Below, piece after piece: positions 58,285-64,000 of a stretch of DNA of 64,000 nucleotides. The first letter of the stretch is position 1. Each line of letters starts with the position of its first letter. The position numbers and the translations under genes were made by a program. The notes beneath the pieces are model-generated. The model was not told where the DNA came from. It saw only the letters and a list, made by a program, of their open reading frames with translations, and did not search any database. Origin of the DNA: an uncultured Acidobacteriota bacterium (GTDB lineage: Bacteria > Acidobacteriota > Vicinamibacteria > Vicinamibacterales > UBA8438); NCBI GenBank assembly GCA_913043225.1, contig CAJWLU010000012.1, positions 45,132 to 109,131 on the forward strand, written 5' to 3'.

Positions 58285-58596
58285 TTAGGCTCTCCAGCGG
58301 ACGCGGTCGAAGTCGCGGATGGCGCGCGGTCCCACCACGATACCTTCGGCTTGGAGTAGCTGGCGCTTGCGGAGCGGGTTGCTGTAGCCACCCAGCCGGC
58401 CACCGGCTGCGATGACCCGATGACATGGCACGGTCGGGGCACAGCAGATGCGCATGATCGTGCCCACGGCGCGCCAGGCGCGCGGACGTCCGGCCAACTC
58501 CGCCACGTCGCCGTAGGTAGCGACGCGGCCGGGAGGAATCCGACGCACCACGGCCAGGACTTTGGCCTCGAAGGTGGAATCACGGTGAGTGGGCAC
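58285..58596 (-). CDS. MGMT-family O6-alkylguanine DNA alkyltransferase (C-terminal domain only)
   Basis: IPPGRVATYGDVA, RAVG, PCHRV. Confidence 0.9.
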   Translation of the reverse strand: MPTHRDSTFEAKVLAVVRRIPPGRVATYGDVAELAGRPRAWRAVGTIMRICCAPTVPCHRVIAAGGRLGGYSNPLRKRQLLQAEGIVVGPRAIRDFDRVRWRA

Positions 58597-58600
58597 CGCC

Positions 58601-59104
58601 CTATTGCATCGGGGTGTTTTTCCAGACCTCGTCCAGTAACCCGGCTTGGATGAGCTTGGTGGCGTACATGATCTGACCGGCGTGGCTGGTGAAGTGCAGC
58701 ACCTGATTGAAGATGAGCTCCCCGGTGCTCACGATCTTGCCGGTTCGGTCATTTGTCTCGTCGAGCATGACAGGGTCTACCGCCTTGAGCACCCGGTCGG
58801 CCTCGGCCATCGCCACCTCGAAGTGCGCTATTAATTCCTCTCTGGCGAGAGGGCCCGGTTCGGAGAACTCGCGCTCCCGGTCGCGCACGTAGCCGCTGTT
58901 GCCGACTCCGTGTCCGATGAAGAACCGGGTCGAGCCGGTGAGGTGAAGCACGAGGTTGCCGATGCTGTTCGAGTCTTCATTCGCCCGCCACCAGATCTGA
59001 CCGTCGTTAAGCACCTCGAGACACGCCCGGACCAGTCCCGCTTGATGCACGATGAGGCGCGCGCGGGCGAGATCGAGCAGGCTCTGGTTGGCGGAGTCGG
59101 TCAT
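58601..59104 (-). CDS. DinB/DUF1572-family protein
   Basis: NSIGNLVLHLTG, RDREREF, HFTSHAGQI. Confidence 0.85.
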   Translation of the reverse strand: MTDSANQSLLDLARARLIVHQAGLVRACLEVLNDGQIWWRANEDSNSIGNLVLHLTGSTRFFIGHGVGNSGYVRDREREFSEPGPLAREELIAHFEVAMAEADRVLKAVDPVMLDETNDRTGKIVSTGELIFNQVLHFTSHAGQIMYATKLIQAGLLDEVWKNTPMQ

Positions 59105-59150
59105 GACGGTGTCCTCGACTGGTAGTCGGGAAGATCGGGGTCCGGCGGCG

Positions 59151-59603
59151 TTACCGTCGCACGATCGGCAGATAGCATACTCCAGCGACCGCCACGTCGT
59201 AGAGCGCGCACGCCGTCGGATACCACTCTGGAACCGAGGCGGATGGTAGGAGCGTGGCGCCGTGCAGTAGATCGACCACGGCGTGGCCGCCGAACCCGGC
59301 CGCTACCAGGGTCAGCGCGGTGGCCGGTTCCTGCGTTTGGGCGTAGGAGGCCAGCACGACGAACCCCACCGCTAAGGCGATGTCCAGGCCGCTGCCGGTG
59401 ACCTCGGACTGGGTCAAGGCGAATCCCACGTAGGTTCCGGCCACGACGGCCATTACTAGCGCCCCGAACTGGGCCAGCCGTAACTCGGCCACGAGTCGTT
59501 CGGGACTGTTGTTGTCAGTGCGGACGGCCAGAATCGACAATCGCACAATGGCGATGGCGAGTGCCGCACCGGCCACGATGAGCGCGAGCATGGCGTCAGG
59601 CAT
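59151..59603 (-). CDS. Small membrane protein (DUF6010-like)
   Basis: Four to five TM helices; YVGFA, HAVVD.LH, VPEWYP..C..YD. Confidence 0.65.
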   Translation of the reverse strand: MPDAMLALIVAGAALAIAIVRLSILAVRTDNNSPERLVAELRLAQFGALVMAVVAGTYVGFALTQSEVTGSGLDIALAVGFVVLASYAQTQEPATALTLVAAGFGGHAVVDLLHGATLLPSASVPEWYPTACALYDVAVAGVCYLPIVRR

Positions 59604-59672
59604 GAGTTGATGTCTGGGTGGGTCGCGCGAGGAGCGGCAAGGCGAGACGAGCCGGACATCGTCCCAGCTGCA

Positions 59673-59684
59673 ATGATTAATCAT
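59673..59684. promoter_or_regulatory. AT-rich palindrome, candidate operator
   Basis: ATGATTAATCAT between divergent genes, overlapping a minus-strand TATGAT. Confidence 0.45.
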
Positions 59685-59741
59685 AGCGCGCCGTCGGCAT
59701 CGGGGCGTCTCGGTGGCCGAACCGCGTATGATCACGGCGCG

Positions 59742-61094
59742 ATGGTGACGGCTGAGACATCCGAATGGTGCTGGAGCCACGAACGGGGCCTCCGGCTGGC
59801 CTGGCTGGGGCTCGCGGTGGCCCTGGGACTGGTGGCCTACATGCTGCGTGACGTAGTACCGCCGGGGGTGCGGGCTGGTGGCGGGGTGGTGGCGTTCCTC
59901 GCCCTGGCGGGAGCCTTCTCGGCCCGTCCGCGCCAGGTGAATGTGCGGCTGGTGGCTACCGGTCTCGCCCTGCAGGTGACCCTCGCCGTACTCATTCTCA
60001 AGGTCGAGGTGGGCGGAGTCCGACCCGGCTACGAACTGTTCGCCACCCTGGCGGCGGTGGCGACGCGGTTCCTCGAGTTCGCCAGCGCCGGGTCCCAGTT
60101 CGTCTTCGGCGTGCTGGCCAATCCGGTCGCGATGGGCGAGCAGTTCGCCGACGGGTTCGTGCTGGCCTTTGCCTCGTTGCCGATTCTCATCTTCATGTCG
60201 GCCATGTTTACCGTTCTGTACCACCTTGGGGTGCTGCAGGTAGCAGTGAGGCTTATGGCGCGGATGATGGCGCGCACCATGGGCACGTCCGGTGCCGAGA
60301 GCTTATCTGCCGCCGCTAACGTCTTCCTCGGAGTGACCGAGGCGCCGATCGTCATTCGCCCATACATTCGGCGGATGACCGACTCGGAGCTGCTGGCACT
60401 AATGACTGGCGGGTTGGCCACCATCGCGGGTACGGTGATGGCCATCTATATCAGCCTCGGCGCCGATCCGGTCGGGGTGTTGACCACCAGTGTCATGGCG
60501 GCGCCATGTGGGCTCTATCTCGCCAAGATCCTGTGGCCGGAAACCGGGCAGCCGGAAACGGCCGGAACGGTGCGACTGGTGGTCAAGCGCGAGCACGTCA
60601 ACGTCATCGATGCGCTGGCTGCCGGCGCCTCGGACGGGACCAAGTTGGCCATCAACGTGGCGGCGATGCTGATCGCGTTTCTTGCCGTCATTGCCATGTT
60701 CGACTACTGCCTCGGCCTACTGCACGAGCAGCTGAGCATGGCAGTTATCTTTGGGGCGCTGTTCGCGCCGGTAGCCGCGCTGCTTGGCGTCGCGTCGAGC
60801 GAGATGACTGCGGTGGCCGACCTGCTGGGGACCAAGCTGGCCACCAACGAGTTCGTGGCCTTCATCAAGCTTAACGATGTGTATCTGGCGACGATGAGCG
60901 ACCATGCCAGGATGGTGGTTACGTTCGCGTTGACCGGCTTCGCGAACTTCGGGTCGATAGGGATTCTGCTGGGCGGCATCGGGGGGTTGGTTCCAGACCG
61001 CCGGTCGGACTTGGCCCGCCTTAGCCCGCTGGCCCTGCTCGGCGGGTTTCTGGCGACCCTGATCAACGCCGCGATCGCGTCGATGTTGTTGTAG
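59742..61094 (+). CDS. Concentrative nucleoside transporter (CNT/NupC family)
   Basis: GSQFVFG, GTSGAESL.AAAN.FLG.TEAP, GG.ATIAG, SVMAAP, KL..NEFVAF, GFANFGS. Confidence 0.92.
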   Translation: MVTAETSEWCWSHERGLRLAWLGLAVALGLVAYMLRDVVPPGVRAGGGVVAFLALAGAFSARPRQVNVRLVATGLALQVTLAVLILKVEVGGVRPGYELFATLAAVATRFLEFASAGSQFVFGVLANPVAMGEQFADGFVLAFASLPILIFMSAMFTVLYHLGVLQVAVRLMARMMARTMGTSGAESLSAAANVFLGVTEAPIVIRPYIRRMTDSELLALMTGGLATIAGTVMAIYISLGADPVGVLTTSVMAAPCGLYLAKILWPETGQPETAGTVRLVVKREHVNVIDALAAGASDGTKLAINVAAMLIAFLAVIAMFDYCLGLLHEQLSMAVIFGALFAPVAALLGVASSEMTAVADLLGTKLATNEFVAFIKLNDVYLATMSDHARMVVTFALTGFANFGSIGILLGGIGGLVPDRRSDLARLSPLALLGGFLATLINAAIASMLL

Positions 61095-61161
61095 GGACGG
61101 AGTGCAGAGAGGCTTCAGGCGCTCACCACGACCTTGATTCAAGCACTCAGCTCGGGTTTCT

Positions 61162-61185
61162 GTAGGGCAGGGCTTCAGCCCTGCC
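61162..61185 (+). repeat. REP-like element
   Basis: GTAG followed by GGCAGGGCT-TC-AGCCCTGCC. Confidence 0.65.
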
Positions 61186-61320
61186 GGCGGTTACGCGGTC
61201 GAGCGCTTGGGGTTTGTGGCCTGTAGCCGCTGGTAGCCGGTCCGAGTAAGATCACCGGTCACCTAACCGGCCTTGGACGAGATTCTGCCAATGCCGACAC
61301 CGAGGAGCACCACCGAACTA

Positions 61321-62379
<1,059 letters not shown>

Positions 62380-62390
62380 CCTGACCAGAT

Positions 62391-63195
62391 ATGAGCACGA
62401 CGCTACTAGCCATCGAGACCTCCTGCGACGAGACCGCGGCCGCCGTGGCTTCCGGGGATCAGAGCGGGCCGGTGTCGTGGGAGGTGCGGTCGAGCGTCGT
62501 TGCCTCGCAGACCGAGGTGCACCGTGAGTGGGGAGGCGTGGTGCCGGAACTCGCCTCGCGGCAGCACCTGCGCGACATCTGCGGCGTGGTCGAACGGGCG
62601 CTAGAAGACGCCGAGACTGACTGGGCTGGACTGAACGGGATCGCGGTGACGCAGGGCCCTGGGCTGGTCGGGTCGCTCCTGATCGGTGTGGCCTTCGCCA
62701 AGTCTGTGGCGGCAGCGCTCCCGTTGCCGCTGGTGCCGGTGCATCACCTGGTCGGTCACATCGAGTCGTTGTTCCTCTGTCACCCAGGTCTTCCGCTGCC
62801 GGCTGTGGTACTGGTGGTGTCGGGCGGACACACCAACCTCTATCATCTGCCCGAGGCGGGCGAGTATCGGTTGATCGGTCGCACGCGTGACGACGCTGCT
62901 GGCGAAGCTTACGACAAGGTGGCGAAGCTGCTGGGGCTGGAGTATCCCGGAGGGCCCGTGATTGACCGGCTAGCGCGTGGCGGCGACGAAGGGGCCATCT
63001 CGTTCCCCGTGGCTCGTATTACCCATGCCGACCGCAATGTGGGACCGCCTACCGTGCAGACGCCAGGGTGGCCGCGTGCGGCCGAGGGGCGGATGGACTT
63101 CAGCTTCAGTGGTCTGAAGACCGCCGTGTCTCGGCATCTGCAGCGCCGGGGCGAGGCAGGGCTGGCCCCGCCGGCGGACACCGAGTTGGTTGCCG
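62391..63195 (+). CDS. tsaD: tRNA threonylcarbamoyltransferase TsaD, N-terminal ~268 residues only
   Basis: IETSCDET, GGVVPELASRQH, GPGLVGSL, HHLVGH, SGGHT, DDAAGEAYDK, FSFSGLKTA; C-terminal motifs absent. Confidence 0.9.
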
Positions 63196-64000
63196 GCGCC
63201 AAGAATCTCGTCACCGAAGCTCGAAATGAAGACCTCCCATACGTGGCCACCAATTGGGAAACGTCCGACCCGGCCCTTCAGCTCCCCAAATATTTGATCC
63301 GAGAGGTTCCCGATGATGAAGGCGTAATCCGCTTTGCCTTCTTGGCGGTCACCGACCCAGCCATCTCTAAATGGGTACCCCAGGTTGCCGCTGAAGGTGT
63401 CACGTTGCTGGACCCTGTAGTCGCCATCAACACCGTCGTGCAAGAGTTGTACGCAAGCGATGAGCCTCCGGACCTTGTGGTGGTGCTGACTACGAGTCAG
63501 CCAGAGACCCTTTCGAGAATGAAGTCCGGGCTGCGTGGCGTGGATATTGTGCTCGGCGATTTGTCGGGGAGAAACCTTCGCATGGAGAGCTTCGATTTAG
63601 ATGTAATTCAGAATGAAGACTGTACTCGGAAAGCCGCCGCCATTCTGCCGGTCGAAGATATCGCGTCAGCCGACCTGACCCTCAACCGCCGAGCGGGCGC
63701 CTGGTCCCTGAAGCGGGTGGAGAGCCGACCTCACCGGATTTCTGGTTCGTTCCCGCCAAACCCCACAGTACTCACGGAAATCACAAAAACCCGTGGGAAG
63801 GTCTACCCTGGGCGCGACAAGCTCCTTTTACCGCCACCGCCCGGGGTTCCGTCGGAAGTTTGGAAGGGCGGAGATTGGGGGGACATCGTTTGTGAAGCGG
63901 TCCGTTCCGCCACAAACGCCGACGCCGTGCTCCTTCCAAACCTCCCTCCCGCACCGCTCATCCCCGGTCCGTTAACGGAACTGATGGTCATGGACCGGCT
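63196..64000 (+). other. 5'-nucleotidase/metallophosphoesterase-like coding sequence joined in frame to tsaD, runs off the window
   Basis: LPYVATN, FAFLAVTDP, DPVVAI, DLVVVLT, GVDIVLG, WGDIVCEAVRSATNADAVLL...PGPLT; lower GC than upstream. Confidence 0.6.

Noticed and set aside
63196..64000. Intein inserted in TsaD
   Set aside because: No Cys/Ser-initiated block A or LAGLIDADG motif at the junction; the sequence resembles a nucleotidase instead

Overview
High-GC bacterial DNA (about 65-70% by spot counts). Gene content and style suggest Acidobacteriota, class Vicinamibacteria (inference). A tRNA-Leu(CAG) at 45668-45755 splits the window in two. To its right is housekeeping DNA: sppA, a PpiD-like chaperone, mreBCD-mrdA-rodA-rng, an MGMT protein, a DinB protein, a CNT nucleoside transporter, mtnA and tsaD. 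To its left is about 40 kb dominated by exported redox proteins: seven PQQ-type beta-propeller dehydrogenases (one with an N-terminal cytochrome c) plus one fragment, six paralogues of an uncharacterised secreted family ending in EYACHEGN, two cytochrome c/PHM-type copper monooxygenase fusions, a dihaem protein, a lactonase, a serine hydrolase, a deacetylase and a secreted triple-Rid protein. Read together these look like an undescribed periplasmic oxidative system (inference). Other points: a probable AUU start codon on an RRM protein gene, a candidate nucleoid-associated protein, a 42-aa membrane peptide missed by the ORF track, several pseudogenes and IS/MITE/REP remnants, and an in-frame junction where tsaD switches into lower-GC 5'-nucleotidase-like sequence (chimera or insertion). 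No CRISPR array, rRNA or intact integrase/transposase was seen. All family assignments come from motif recognition by eye; no database search was run.
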